Source: Octopus sinensis
Lineage: Eukaryota
Direction of reading: 5' to 3'
Assembly: GCF_006345805.1 (NCBI RefSeq)
Contig: NC_043018.1
Span: 9,424,001-9,488,000 of the forward strand
DNA length: 64,000 nt
Made by a program: the position numbers and the translations under genes. The notes beneath the pieces were generated by a model. That model did no database searches, had not been told where the DNA came from, and worked only from the letters and a program-made list of their open reading frames with translations. This document shows, piece after piece, positions 25,500 through 39,470 of this stretch; the first letter of the stretch is position 1, and every line of letters begins with the position of its first letter.

Positions 25500-26000
25500 A
25501 ATATAACCAATATGATTTTGTCCACTTTGCTTTATTTTGTATCCAAGAATTTATTTTCTTCCTTGCTGAATGCTTCCTTTATGATGATGTCACTGATGAC
25601 TCTGCAGACCAATTCTTGCACACAAGAAGGGTCAGTGGCATTGACTATATGGCAATGTTGGTGGAGGATGGAGTTGATTTTCTCAAGCCTTTCTCTCCTG
25701 TCATTTGATTTCTTCCTTTTCGCCTCAGGGGACATATGGACTCCAGTTGAGAACTCATGGTTTGAATGAAGAAAGAAAAATTAAAAAAGAAACATTTTGA
25801 TAATTGTATTTCTTATGCAAATAACTGTTTCAGACATCTTGAAGTTGGACATGTTTGGCAAGTCACTTGGTTTGAGGATGTGTGTTGAAAATGAATTAAT
25901 CAACAGTTGCCTCAGTATGGGCAAAGCTCCAGGGCTGAAACTAGTTAAAGAGTTTGTTGCATCTTGGAAGGGGCCATTTAAAAACACTCAAAAAAAAAAA
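25500..26000 (-). mobile_element. Old RTE remnant with C-terminal C2H2-like finger
   Basis: Frame QERKA*ENQLHPPPTLPYSQCH*PFLCARIGLQSHQ*HHH resembles the RTE terminal CxxC...RIGLxSH motif. Confidence 0.6.
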
Positions 26001-26298
26001 AACTTTCACATTCATATTTTGCCTGTGTGTAATAATAATTAATGAAGTAATGAAGGTTTCTGATTCAGGTGCAAGGGCAGAAATTTTGAGGGGAGGGGCA
26101 AAGTTGATTCTATCAACGTCAGTATAAAGCAATGGCTTTTTTTTTTCCTTTCTTTTTTTGGCAATAGTATTTTTGGTTGGTATTTTGGTATTTTGGTATT
26201 TTGGTATTGGAGGCTAATACATATACAGACACATATGGGAGCAGAAATAAGCACATGATGATACAGAGAGTGTGTGTGTGTGTGCACATGCATGCGTG

Positions 26299-26343
<45 letters not shown>

Positions 26344-26616
26344 TGATTTATTAATTGAACCTGATAGACATAAAGACTTTCTCTTTCCTCAGGCACATAG
26401 AGAAATATGCTCACATGCATTAAAAGAGAGGAGGGGGAGAGAAAGAGAGAGGGGGGGAGGAGAAGAGGAGAAAAGAGAGAGAGAGAGGAGAGAAAGAGAG
26501 AGAGGAGAGAAAGAGAGAGAGAGGGGGAGAAAATGAGAAAAACATTAAAATGTATTAAATGCCTTGATTGCTACAAATACATTTTCTCTTCACACACGCA
26601 TAAAGAAAGAACACAT

Positions 26617-26671
<55 letters not shown>

Positions 26672-26819
26672 GTGAGACAGAGAGAGAGAGAGAGAGTGAG
26701 GTGTTTGGAACAATCAAGGTCATTTAATAAATCATAATATTTCTCTCTCACCTCTCTCTCTCTCTCTCTAATTTTTCTTCTCACAGTGTAAAACTCTAAA
26801 TTCATTTTCAATTCTTAGT

Positions 26820-28210
26820 CAAAGATGTTCAGAAATCCATGATGAGAAAATGTTTCTTTTCCACATTTCATCAACATTTCACCAACCATCTTACCGTTGT
26901 CAGCAGCTTTATCTCATCTCCAAGAATTTAGTTTCTTCTTTGCTGAACGCTTCCTTTATGGTGATGGTATTGATGCCTAAGGCGGCGAACTGGCAGAATC
27001 GTTAGCACGCCAGGCGAAATGCTCAGCAGTATTTCGTCCACCGCTGCGTTCTGAGTTCAAATTCCACTGAGGTCGACTTTGCCTTTCTTCCTTTCGAGGT
27101 TGATAAATTAAGTACCAGTTATGCACTGGGGTTGATGTAATCGACTTAATCTGTTTGTCTGTCCTTGTTTGTCCCCTCTGTATGTAGCCCCTTGTGGGTA
27201 GTAAAGAAATAGGTATTTCGTTTGCTGCTACATTCTGAGTTCAAATTCCGCCGAGGTCGACTTTGCCTTTCATCCTTTCGGAGTCGATAACTTAAGTACC
27301 AGTTACGCACTGGGGTTGATGTAATCAACTTAATCCGTTTGTCTGTCTTTGTTTGTCCCCTCTGTGTTTAGCCCCTTGTGGGTAGTAAAGAAATAGGTGT
27401 CGATGCCTAAGTAGACCAATTGTTGCATGGAAGAATAATGGCATTGACTGAATGGCAATGTTGGGGGAGGATGAGGTCGATTTTGTTGAGCCTTTCTCTC
27501 CTGCTGTTTTACTTGTTTCAGTCATTTGACTGTGGCCATGCTGGAGCACCACCTTTAGTCGAGCAAATCAACCCAAGTCTTATTCTTTGTAACCCTAGTA
27601 CTTATTCTATTGGTCTCTTTTGCTGAACCACTAAGTTATGGGGACGTAAACACACCAGCATCGGTTGTCAAGCGATGTTGGGGGGACAAACACAGACACA
27701 CACACACACACACACACACACATAATATATATATATACATATATACGACGGGCTTCTTTCAGTTTCCATCTACCAAATCCTCTCACAAGGCTTTGGTCGG
27801 CCTGAGGCTATAGTAGAAGAACTTGCCCAAGGTGCCATGCAGTAGGACTGAACCCAGAACAATATGGTTCGTAAGCAAGCTGAGTTAAAAAGTTGTGATT
27901 ACATCTAAAACCTAGAATAAAAACGAAATATTCACAATGTGAAAAGGTCCTGGGCACAAAACTTCTGATGTCAAAATAAATTTGGTGTTGCATCCACTGT
28001 GCCAAATAGGCAGCACCAAAAGAGCTATGCCAAAATGTATCATGCCTTTGACCTTTAGCATGCTGGAGGAGCATCATGTTGCAGTATGAGTTGTCTCCCC
28101 TCTCAATCGAGCATAATGTGCCTGCAGCTAATGGGGAGAAAACTCTACAGTGAAATAATGCACCAAAGCATAAGTTAATTCTGGGTTGGATGTGGTGCTG
28201 ATGAAAGAGC
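26820..28210 (-). mobile_element. Second old RTE remnant interrupted by SINEs
   Basis: 26915-26981 plus 27412-27505 align to 25545-25705. 28100-28200 reads IQPRINLCFGALFHCRVFS, like the RTE EIxxRI...FG motif. Confidence 0.5.
26978..27400 (+). mobile_element. SINE family B dimer with TSD
   Basis: GATGCCTAAG duplicated at 26972-26981 and 27402-27411. Both bodies end GCCCCTTGTGGGTAGTAAAGAAATAG. Confidence 0.92.
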
Positions 28211-28639
28211 ATTAACTCTTGAAATATGCATATACACTCCTTACTGATTTTTTTATCTTCAATTACATTGACATATTTGTGTATGAAACATTGTGACTTG
28301 CAGTGCTGGTTCTGAATTCTAAAGAAAATCTGTAGAGATAATCTTTATAGAGTATTAAGCAATGAAATTTGCCGAGATATGTTATACATTTATGATCTAG
28401 TCACTGATATGCTGATATCTTATAGTACAGCGTGGGCCAAAAGCCATCATATTGCAATCTGTGGGTATAATCTGGTGAAATCAATTTTTGCATTGTATAT
28501 GCCAGTGTATAAAAGGTGGTTTTTTAAAATTCTTAAATGTAATAAAAAATTACCATACATCCAATGTGATCGTATTACATAGGGGTTACCAAGTATATGA
28601 TGAAACATATTGATTTTTGTTTTGTTCACAAACAAGTAT

Positions 28640-29450
28640 GGGTTTGTCTTGTGCAAGAGTCTTCTTACACACAGGTAAATATGGCACTTTGTAACTTTAA
28701 TCCAGAAATGTTACTCAACAGGATGTGCAGTGCAGACACCAGGGTGTCTCTCTAGGGTGACTTGCTACTTCTCCATATCCAGAGCTCACAGTTCTGGTAC
28801 TATGGGCATATAATTAGAATGTAGCAGGAAAGACATTGCCAGATGGATTCTTCAAGCAAAGCCAACTAGCAGGAAACCTAGGAGTTGACCAAGAATAGGC
28901 GCAGGAGAGGCTGTGTGGTAAGTAGCTTGCTTACCTACCACATGGTTCCGGGTTCAGTCCCACTGCGTGGCACCTTGGGCAAGTGTCTTCTACTATAGCC
29001 TCGGGCCAACCAAAGCCTTGTGAGTGGATTTGTTAGACGGAAACTGAAAGAAGCCCATCGTATATATGTATATATATATATGTGTGCGTGTATGTTTGTG
29101 TGTCTGTGTTTGTCCCCCTAGCATTGCTTGACAACCGATGCTGGTGTGTTTATGTCCCCGTAACTTAGCGGTTCGGCAAAAGAGACCGATAGAATAAGCA
29201 CTGGGCTTACAAAGAATAAGTCCCGGGGTCGAGTTGCTCGATTAAAGGCGGTGCTCCAGCATGGCCACAGTCAAATGACTGAAACAAGTAAAAGAGTAAA
29301 GAATGAGATGGATGGATAATATCTGTAGATTCAGTTGGTCATGCTGGGGAATCCAGACAGAAAATAAGACAATTGTTTTTAAAACCCAATGGAAGAGGTG
29401 TCTGACGACCCTATTTCCTGACACTCCCAAGAATAGCAGCCAGGGATGGA
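28640..29450 (+). mobile_element. RTE C-terminal remnant split by a family A SINE (28897-29298)
   Basis: WYYGHIIRM before and MRWMDNI after the SINE; AAGAAT duplicated at 28891-28896 and 29299-29304. Confidence 0.65.
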
Positions 29451-32400
29451 TGGATGGACGGATAGACAGTCAAATGGACTTTTATTCCACCTTGTACATC
29501 CTATTATGAATCAAAACCTCCAGTCACAATATCTATGACAAGAATTGAAACATCAATCCAGCTTATGATCAGTATATCTTGATCGTTAAAGTAATTCCGC
29601 TGTTGGTGGAAACCAATTTAACTTGTAATAAGGTGTAGAATTGAAACCCCCAACAGCTCACTAAAGAGAGATAGGCCACAACATATGAGGCAATGCCAAC
29701 CTAATTGTCAACCAATGATATTTCAGCTGCGATCATTCGATTGTCAGATACCAAGTGGAATTTTCCGTGATTTTCTTGCTAAAATATGGCCATAAACATA
29801 GATGTTTCAGAGATTCCTAAGAAGGCAAGGTTAAAAGAATCATTTGTCCATTATGGACATATAAATCTTGCCACGCAAATTTGTAACTTCTTGTCGATTC
29901 TTGGCTAAACACACCATTCATACATACATGACTCTCGGCTGATAAACAGTGATTCAGCCTCAGGCAAAGAGTATCTTCATGCATAAATCTTTTATCCTTT
30001 ATCTGTTACTTTTTTTCAGTCATTGAACGGCGGCCATGCTGGGGCATCACCTTGGACAAATTTCAGTCAAATGAAGCGACCTCTGTACTTAATTTCTTAA
30101 AGTCTGGTACTTATTCTATCGGTGTCCAACACGGGTTGTCAAGTGGTGGAGAGGTACAAACACACATACACACACACACACACACACACGCATGTGCATC
30201 TATATATATATATACACACACACACACAGCGGTCTTCTTTCAGTTTACGTTGACCATGCCAATCACTGGACTTTTGGTCGACCCGAGGCTATAGCAGAAC
30301 ACACTCTAGATGTCACGCAGTGGGGCCGAACCCAGAACCCTGTGGCAGGGAAGCAAATCTCTTGCCACACAATCACGCCTGCACCTATAATTAGAAAGTT
30401 TCATTTGGTTTTTATATGAGAAATAAACACCCAAACCTAAATCTGCCAAAACCAAACAACCAAAAATATCAAGCGATCAACACGAGTTGACAAACCATTA
30501 GCGAAAGGGGACAACAACAGGGGAGGTATTAAGGAACGAATACATCGATTGAATTCCAAAACGACCCCTATTAATTTTCTGTGACCTTTAGCCTGACCTT
30601 TTGGGGGTTATTTTTGTTTTAAAACATTCCACATTTAACTGTAAACTAATTTATTCAGCGTGAAGTTGACATGGAGTCACAAGTATTGACCCCTTTTCCA
30701 CCTCGATAAATAATATAAACTTCTCCTTTTTTTAATCGAACGACACAGGTGCTACTTGTGTGTTCTAAGTTTGTTTTAGTGAGAAAAAAAAATCTATTAA
30801 AAAACAAACGAACACGAATGTCACAAATTCTTGTCTATAAACGAACTTCCTTTCCGTTTACCTGCAATTCTAGTAATGAAACTATGTTTAAAAGTCTGTT
30901 TGAAGAGTATCTCCTGTTTTATTATCATTTTATTCGAGTATTTACCGAAGGAAGTTTTAAAAAACAAGGAGAAAACTTGATAAATACCGAGACGAAAGTT
31001 GTTTGCTCTGAATGAGATGAAGTTATCAGTTCGTTATATTAAACGAACAACATAAAACTTGTTTTGGGGAGAAAGAACTGGTTTTATTTTTTTCACAAAA
31101 TACCAAGTTGGAATGTTTACACAACGATTTAATATATTTCTGTCATGTCATAGCTTACCTTAGTCACTCTGATGGTATTTCGATGGTATTTTTTTTCTGC
31201 ATTAAAAGAATGAACAAAACGAAGTAGAAATAACAAAATAGAGAATAAAATATATATTAAAAAAAAAAAAGAAATTAATTTTGGGGGGTTGAAATATTCA
31301 GTGTATATAAACACACACAAACACATGCATTTAGATACATGCTTACACACACACTTAACACATACCTCCCACATACACATATGCACACATATATACATAA
31401 GTATATATATATATATACATACATACGTCGTCATCATCATCATTATCATGCAACAAAACTAGCATAAACTATAAATTCCCTGAGCAAGTTGCAAGTGTAA
31501 CCCTTATCAGAGCTGGCATCTCAATGGAAGACAACCCCAAAATAATGAGAAAACAAGATACTAAAGCTTCACAATGAAAAACATACATAAATAAACAAAC
31601 ATAACGAATATATACACCCCCATCATCAGCTGTCTAATGAAGATCCATTGTAGTTTCTTTGATTTTTTGTTGGTTACGACGATGAGGATTCATTTCTTTG
31701 ATCAACTGAATTACCTACTCCTAAATTAATGTGTAAGTGGCTGAGTATTCTACAGACGCGTGTAACCTTAATATAATACTCATATAGAATCAGCTTGACA
31801 CAGTGTGTTTGACCAGGCTGGAGCTTTTGAGTATAAGTGCATTCCAGTGACAAACTTCTGAGCAGTTTCTGCCCACTGAATTTCGGTCAAAAGGTAAGGG
31901 TCAAATCAAGGGTGTAGGAAATAACATTTGCCCAATATACCACACAGTGGAACTGAACCCAGTGCCTTGTGGATACTAAGAAAATTTCTTAACCATTCAA
32001 CTATTCTACATCTGTGTGTGTGTGTATAAGACAAGATATATAAGACCATAAATAGCAGATAAATAATGGTCGTTATTACATATTCCTGCCACAAGAATCC
32101 TTGGAGTTCTTCCCTAATCTGTACAATGTTGTTAGCTTGGTGTGCCAACAGAGAGCTTATGAAGTATTTTGCCCAGATTGATAATTCCTCGCTAATAACT
32201 ACACACACACACACATAAGAAAAAAAGAAAATGGAGATTAGGTAGTTAATAATTGTTTCTTGCACTTACCCTTATTCTTTCTCTATTCTTCAATTTCCAT
32301 CTCATTGTATTGTCCCTCATTCTTTCAGTATTCCCTCATTACCCTGTCTAGCTCAAACATTTTTTTTTCGTTTAGACTTGTCTCCAGGTTCATAGCCACT

Positions 32401-32481
32401 CTGATTTTTCAATTTTTCAATTTTTCGTTTAGTATTGTCTCCCGATTCATACAAACCCATTTGCTAGCTCACGATTAACAG

Positions 32482-35400
32482 AACCTCTTTACTCAGCTAC
32501 GGTGCACCCGCCCTCCCACCCCCACCATGCATGCCGGAAGTTCCTATTCTCTTCCATTCCGGGGTTGCTTCCCATGAAGACTGCAAATGCTCTCACCATC
32601 CCTACCCCTCCCTACCCCTAGTCTCGACCTATGTAAGGTAATGTTCATACAGTGCAAAATATGAAAGGCTAGCGTTATGCAGGTTGTACTGAAGGCTACT
32701 TTACTACTTCATTTCTTGCACATGAATTCTGCCAAATGCGAGCTTTCTTTTCAGGTACACGAAGCTACTGTCCACCGTCCCAGGGTCTCTAGAGCCCATG
32801 CCTTCCACACCCTCAGGGTTGGCACCCTCAACGTTGGCACTCTGAAAGGTAGGTCTGGTGAGATAGTCGAGATGCTTGAACGGAGATGTGTGGATATATG
32901 TTGCATGCAAGAAATAAGGTGGAGAGGAGGATCAGCTAGGTTCCTCACAGGCAAGGAACGCAGGTACAAGATTTTCTGGGCAGGGAACACTGACGGGGTT
33001 GGTGGCGTGGGTATACTTATCGCTGAGAAATGGGTAGATAAAGTAATTGAGGTAATCAGAGTAAGTGACAGAATACTTAAGATTAGATTAGTGCTTCATC
33101 ATAGTTTAGCAACCATTATATCAGCCTATGCTCCTCAGTCGGGGCTACCCGATGGACAGAAAGACTGATTCTATGACACTCTACTGCAGACTACCTCATT
33201 GACGAACGACAGAGACCTTATCTTTGTGGCTGGTGACTTCAATGGTCACGTTGGACGACATGCTGGGGGCTTCCATGGCGTACATGGAGGCTATGGCTAT
33301 GGCTCCCGCAACGAGGAGGGAACCAGGCTGCTGGAGTTCTGCGATGCAAATAATCTTATGATTTGCAACACTAACTTCAGGAAACCTACCAGCCACCTAG
33401 TCACTTACCAATCGGGCCAACATACCAGCCAAATTGACTACATCCTTACAAGGCAAAGGGAGAGATGGCTGCTTATAAATGCCAAAACCTTCCCAGGTGA
33501 AGAATGTACCCCACAACATAGACTGGTAGTTAGTGACTTTAGGATCAGGACTAGGAGGACAACCAGAAGACGACAAATATGGAGAAGAAGGATCTGGAAG
33601 CTTAAAGATCCTGCAAATGGACAGAGATTTAGGGACATATTACTTGAAGCCTCTGACGAAGTAGAAGGGGATAGAGCATCACAGGGGGGGTAGAAGACAG
33701 CTGGACGTTTCTAAGGGACAACCTGCTGAGAGCCACTGACCAGATCTGTGGCTGGTGCAAAGTCCCCTCTCGACCTAGAATAACGTGGTGGTGGAACAAT
33801 ATTGTAGACAGGTCTATTAGAGAAAAGAGACAGGCTTGGAAGGTCTGGAAAAATGGGGGTAGCAGGGAATTGTATCAGACTGCCAAAAGAGAAGCTAGGA
33901 GACAGGTTTATTTAGCCAGAGGGGAAGCAGATAAGAAAAAATTTGCCAATGTTCTGCGCCGTGAGGACCAAAGACTGGAGGTGTTTCGTGTTGCAAGACA
34001 GTGTGTGAGAGAGAATCGTGATGTGGTAGGAGAGAAGTGTGTTCGCATGGAAGATGGTTCACTTGCGCTAAATGAGGATGCAAAGAGAGAGGTTTGGAGA
34101 TGCCACTATGAAAGGTTGCTGAATGAAGAAAATGAATGGGATAAAGAGAGTCTGCCGAATGTTGACCCAACAGAGGGACCAGCTATCCGAGTTGATAGTT
34201 CTGTGGTAGCTAAGGCAATTAGAAGCATGAAGACAGGGAAAGCCCCAGGCCCATCAGGAATCACTGCAGAGATGCTCAAAATGTCTGGTAGTGTCGGCTA
34301 TAGCCTAGTCACCCATATAGTTAATCAGGTGATACACAGAGGGGTCATACCCAATGACTGGTGTAGCAGTATAATAGTCAACTGCTACAAAGGTAAAGGT
34401 TATGCCCTAGATACAAATAACTACAGAGGTATCAAGCTGTTGGACCAGGTGATGAAGGTTACGGAGAGGGTCATAGCCCAACTAATTAGAGAGAGAGTTA
34501 GTTTAGATGAGATGCAGTTTGGGTTTGTGCCAGGGAAAAGTACTACTGATGCTATATTCCTGGTAAGGCAGCTGCAGGAGAAATACCTAGCCAAAGATAA
34601 GCCCCTGTACCTGGCTTTTGTTGACATGGAGAAAGCCTTCGACAGGGTCCCCCGATCCCTTATCTGGTGGGCAATGAGAAAACTAGGGATAGATGAATGG
34701 TTAGTGAGAGCTGTGCGGGCCATGTATAGGGACGCCGCTAGTAGGGTGAGGGTTGGAAATGAGTACAGTGAAGAATTCCGGGTAGAGGTAGGGGTCCACC
34801 AAGGCTCAGTACTCAGCCCCCTCCTATTTATCATAGTCCTCCAGGCAATAACGGAGGAATTCAAGACAGGATGCCCTTGGGAGCTCCTCTATGCTGATGA
34901 CCTTGCTCTAATTGCTGAGTCGCTATCAGAACTGGAGGAGAAGTTTCAGGTGTGGAAACAAGGATTAGAATCGAAGGGCCTCAGAGTCAATCTAGCTAAA
35001 ACCAAAGTCGTAATCAGTAGGAAGGTAGACAAATCACAAACACCTTCAGGTAGATGGCCCTGCTCGATCTGTAGAAAAGGTGTAGGTAGAAACTCTATAA
35101 GATGCACCAAGTGTAAGCTATGGACACATAAGAGATGCAGCAATGTCAAAGAAGGCTAACTAGGAAGATGGTTTTTGTATGTGGCAGATGCTCAGGAACA
35201 ATAAACACTGAAAATGCTCTGAGACCAACTTCCGTCACTTTCCAGGGAGAAAAACTAGAAATAGTTGATAGTTTCCGTTACCTAGGTGACCAAGTCAGCA
35301 GCGGGGGCGGGTGTGCTGAAAGTGTAACTGCTAGAGTAAGAATAGCTTGGGCAAAGTTCAGAGAGCTCTTACCTCTGCTGGTGACAAAAGGTCTCTCGCA

Positions 35401-36462
35401 CAGAGTGAAAGGCAGACTGTATGATGCGTGTGTACGAACAGCCATGCTACATGGCAGTGAAACATGGGCCGTGACTGCTGAGGATATGCGTAAGCTCGCT
35501 AGAAATGAAGCCAGTATGCTCCGATGGATGTGTAATGCCGGTACTCACACTCGGCAGAGTGTAAGTACCTTGAGAGAAAAGCTGGACCTAAGAAGCATCA
35601 GTTGTGGTGTGCAAGAGAGACGTTTGCGCTGGTATGGTCATGTGGCGAGAATGGATGAAGATAGTTGTGTGAAAAAGTGCCACACCCTAGCGGTTGAGGG
35701 AACCTGTGGAAGAGGCAGACCCAGGAAAACCTGGGACGAGGTGGTGAAGCACGACCTTCGAACTTTAGGTCTCACTGAGGAAATGACTAGAGACCGAGAC
35801 CTCTGGAAGTGTGCTGTGCGCGAGAGAAGACCCGGCAGGACAAGTGAGTCCACAACCCGTGGCCTTCTACATGGGATGGAGCCAGCCTACGTATGCATAC
35901 CTTCCCTTCTTGGGACACAAAACTCTACTTGTGAAGACGTGTTGAGGCAAGTGAGGATCAGAATCGAAATCGATCAATGGAAATTGCGGATGTGCTACCA
36001 GTGCCGGTGGCATGTCGAAACTCTGCTTGTGAAGACCCATTGAGGCAAGTGAGGATCAGAATCGAAATCGATCAATGGAAATCGATCAATGGAAATTGCA
36101 GATGTGTTACCAGTGCCGGTGGCATGTAAGAGAACTTTCCGTTTCGCGACCGTTGCCAGCACCGCCCCGTTTCGTGTCCGTTGCCAGCCTCGCCTGGCCC
36201 TCGTGCCGGTGGCACATAAAAAGCACCATCCGTTCGTGGCCGTTTGCCAGCTCTGTCTGGCACCAGTGCGGGTGGCACGTAAAAAGCACCCACTACACTC
36301 ACGGAGTGGTTGGCGTTAGGAAGGGCATCCAGCCGTAGAAACACTTCCAGATTTGACTGGGCCTGATGAAGCCTTCTGGCTTCACAGACCCCAGTAGAAC
36401 CGTCCAACCCATGCTAGCATGGAAAACGGACGCTAAATGATGATGATGATGATGATGATGAT
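32482..36462 (+). mobile_element. Near full-length RTE-clade LINE (~3.98 kb)
   Basis: TSD ATTAACAG (32474-32481 / 36463-36470), (ATG)n tail, single APE+RT ORF. Confidence 0.95.
32677..35850 (+). pseudogene. RTE ORF: apurinic endonuclease + reverse transcriptase + PHD-type finger, disrupted
   Basis: APE motifs GTLNV, QEIRW, SAYAPQ, GDFNGHV, SQIDYIL, QHRLVV. RT motifs QFGF, FVDMEKAFD, GVHQGSVLSP, LLYADD. One in-frame TGA (33166-33168) and small frameshifts near 33690, 35150 and 35822. Confidence 0.95.
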
Positions 36463-36604
36463 ATTAACAGCAAATCCCCCAAAATACTCGATATTGAACC
36501 AGTATTTCCTTGAATGAAACATCTCTTCACGAGGTTTATTCATCCCCTAAGTTAAATTTAAATATATATATATGTATACATACACACACACACATATATA
36601 TATA

Positions 36605-36760
36605 CATATATAGGGAGAGTTTATGAAAAAAACAAAAGACGAAGACAGGTGGTGTACAAAACAAACAGATGTATTAGTATAACGCTCAGGAATAGAAAAA
36701 GTCTTTTACGTTTCGAGCCTACGCTCTTCTACAGAAAGGGACACAGAAAAAATTATATAT
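36605..36760 (-). mobile_element. Penelope-like terminal fragment (same family as 11390-11575)
   Basis: Near-identical to 11395-11545 and inserted next to (TA)n. Confidence 0.65.
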
Positions 36761-36830
36761 ACATATATGTGTGTATGCTTGTGTACATACCTATAAACCC
36801 GTACATTCACATTTGTAAATGCAATCTCAG

Positions 36831-36889
36831 GTATATTAAGTTCAGACTAGTTGTTACTTGGAGTTTCAATCCTCAGATGGAATGGCCAG
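36831..36889 (+). CDS. Candidate host exon (59 nt)
   Basis: GCAATCTCAG acceptor, CAG|GTACAA donor, frame (R)YIKFRLVVTWSFNPQMEWP. Its phase 2 start matches the end of 18639-18691. Confidence 0.35.
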
Positions 36890-38359
36890 GTACAACTAGC
36901 TGATGCAAAAATAAAAGGCCAACATGTTGCAGGCTTATGGTTGGCTTCATACTAAACATCTGTTAATTTTTGAGTGGATGGACACTGATCTATGCCTAGC
37001 AGCTTTGTCCATTTTGAGAGGATATGACTTATTTCCATGATGACATTTAGAGATTAACTCAGTTTTTATATTTAGAATGTCTGTGGTGTGAGGTGAAATT
37101 TGAAATTTCTCTTCCCTGCAATAGTTGCAGAAGGGCTTTACATCAATATATGAAGATGGATAAATAAGGAAATTTTAAAATTAGCATCTTCCTCATTTAG
37201 TTGCCATGTAGCACATTGTTGTACTTGAGAAGACTTGTCCACCATAACAGAATAGAGATCCTAAAACCATAGTACCATGTAAAAAGCATTGGTGTGGGTG
37301 CTGGCGCCATTTAAAAAGCACCCATTACACACTGTGGAGTGGTTGGCATTAGGAAGGGCATGTAGCTGTAGAAACCAAACCAAAACAGATGATGAAACCT
37401 GGTGTGACACCTGACCTTGCCATTTCCTGTGAAGTGTCCAACTCCTGCCAGCATGGAAAACAAACATTAAATGTCGATAACGATGATAACGATGATAACG
37501 ATGATGATAACGATGATAACGATGATGATGACATAGCTTGATATAGATTTAGCATTCCTGTTACTCGAGTATTTAAAAGTAGATTTATGATTTAAATAAC
37601 TACTCTTACAAGTTCCCTCACACAGACCTATACATAATTTGGTGCATATCAGATCTTGTTGGGCAGAATGCACATCAATTTGGTGTACTATCAATTCTTT
37701 AACACAGCATTAAAAATCAATATATTATTGGCTTCAAATTTTGGTACAAGGCCAGCAGTTTTGAGGGAAGTGGTAAATCGATAACATCGACCCCAGTGTT
37801 CCATTGGTACTTAATTTATCAACCCCAAAAAGATGAAAGGCAAATCAACCTCAGTAGAATTGGAACTCAGTTCGTAAAAGCTAATGAAATGCTGCTAAAC
37901 AGTTTCCCTGGCATGCTAACGATTCTGCCAGTTCCCCGCCTTTGTAATCCAATATATTATTACTTCAGTATAATAGCCATAGCAAGACAGAATGTTCTCA
38001 TCACAGCCAATTAAGCTGATTAATTATGTACAAATATAAGCAATAGAAACAATAAGGTAGAAACATAAATAAAATTAAAACAGATTAAAAAAAAATTTTA
38101 ATAGATATAGAAATAAAGTAAAAATAGCTTCTAATTTTTACCAGCTGCAACTGACAACTAACTGAAAGGTTCTTGAAGAACTTGCACAAATATTTCAAAA
38201 ACCAAGCCCATAAATTATTTCCAAATACAGCCTAATTTGAACAAAAGTTTAAATTGATGAGGTCTTTCTGAGCTTTGTTAATTTATGCTTGTTCTACAAA
38301 CCAAATGTATCTCTAAACTTTATATTATATTCCAACCACTCTAGGAATATTACCAGATT

Positions 38360-38730
38360 GTGTGGTAAGTAGCTTGCTTACAAACCACATGGTTCCGGGT
38401 TCAATCCCACTGTGTGGCACCTTGGGCAAGTGCCTTCTACTATAGCCTCGGGCCGACCAAAGCCTTATGAGTGGATTTGGTAGACGGAAACTGAATGAAG
38501 CCCGTCATATATATGCATATATATATGTTTGTGTATCTGTGTTTGTTCCCCCAACATCGCTTGACAACCGATGCTGGCATGTTTACGTCCCCGTAACTTA
38601 GCGGTTTGACAAAAGCGACTGATAGAATAAGTACTAGGCTTACAAAGAATAAGTGCTGGAGTCGATTTCCTCGATTAAAGGCGGTGCTTCAGCATGGCCA
38701 CAGTCAAATGACTGAAACAAGTAAAAGAGA
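38360..38730 (+). mobile_element. SINE family A
   Basis: Match to the family. Further copies at about 10735-11100, 27505-27880, 30005-30385, 39550-39945, 41275-41650, 51255-51620, 54555-54975. Confidence 0.85.
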
Positions 38731-38999
38731 TATCATGTACATGTCATATTTTATAAGCTATCATACCAAACTACCAATAGATAAATATTCACAGAGACAG
38801 CAATTCACTACAATGATGCACCAGCTAGAAACAGGTATGGCAACAAAAATCTCTTAATTAGATCCTAGCTCCAGGTCACAAACAAAAATATTAACAGAAA
38901 ATGGAGTATTACTCAGTTTACACCTCTGTACAGTATTAGTGTAGCTATACCTTTTATCAAAAACTTTACATAACTTAGAAAGCATTCCGCCATGACATA

Positions 39000-39470
39000 A
39001 CTACAATAACATTTTTTTGAATACCATTAAAATTTCATACTCTAGTACTCGTAAATTTGACCAGAATTTCACTGCATCCACCCTCCATAAAACCAGTGAT
39101 ATATAATCAGACTTCTATTGACTCTACAACTGCATCACCATCAAAAACTCTGCCCTCGATAACAATTGATTATTAGCTAAGGATATCATCTACAAATGCA
39201 CAGTCAACACTAACACCTCTTGTGAAGCCTACATAAAAATGACTTTCAGGAATTTCATAAATAAGTACAAGTCACACACTTACTCACTCAGACACATCAA
39301 TAAGTTGAACTGCATCTCACCTGCTAGGACCATCTTTGATCTACAAAACATATTCAAGGCATTACAACAACAAATTCAAAATCTTATCCTGAGCAAGATC
39401 TTACACTGGAAACCAGAAATGGTATTATCTTTGCTGAATAATCCTCTTCATCAAAGACGACCTCTTTAAC
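39000..39470 (+). mobile_element. Penelope-like element remnant, GIY-YIG endonuclease region
   Basis: IKISYS...KDIIYKCTVNTNTSCEAYIKMTFRNFINKYKSHTYSLRH matches the PLE GIY-YIG pattern (IY...YIGxT...F..R...H). Confidence 0.7.

Noticed and set aside
25532-25735. 67-aa ORF MSPEAKRKKSNDRRERL... with a second copy at 26915-27505, first read as a duplicated host exon
   Set aside because: Another frame of the same strand gives the RTE C-terminal PPPTLP.SQC...RIGL.SH motif with stops, so both are LINE remnants.
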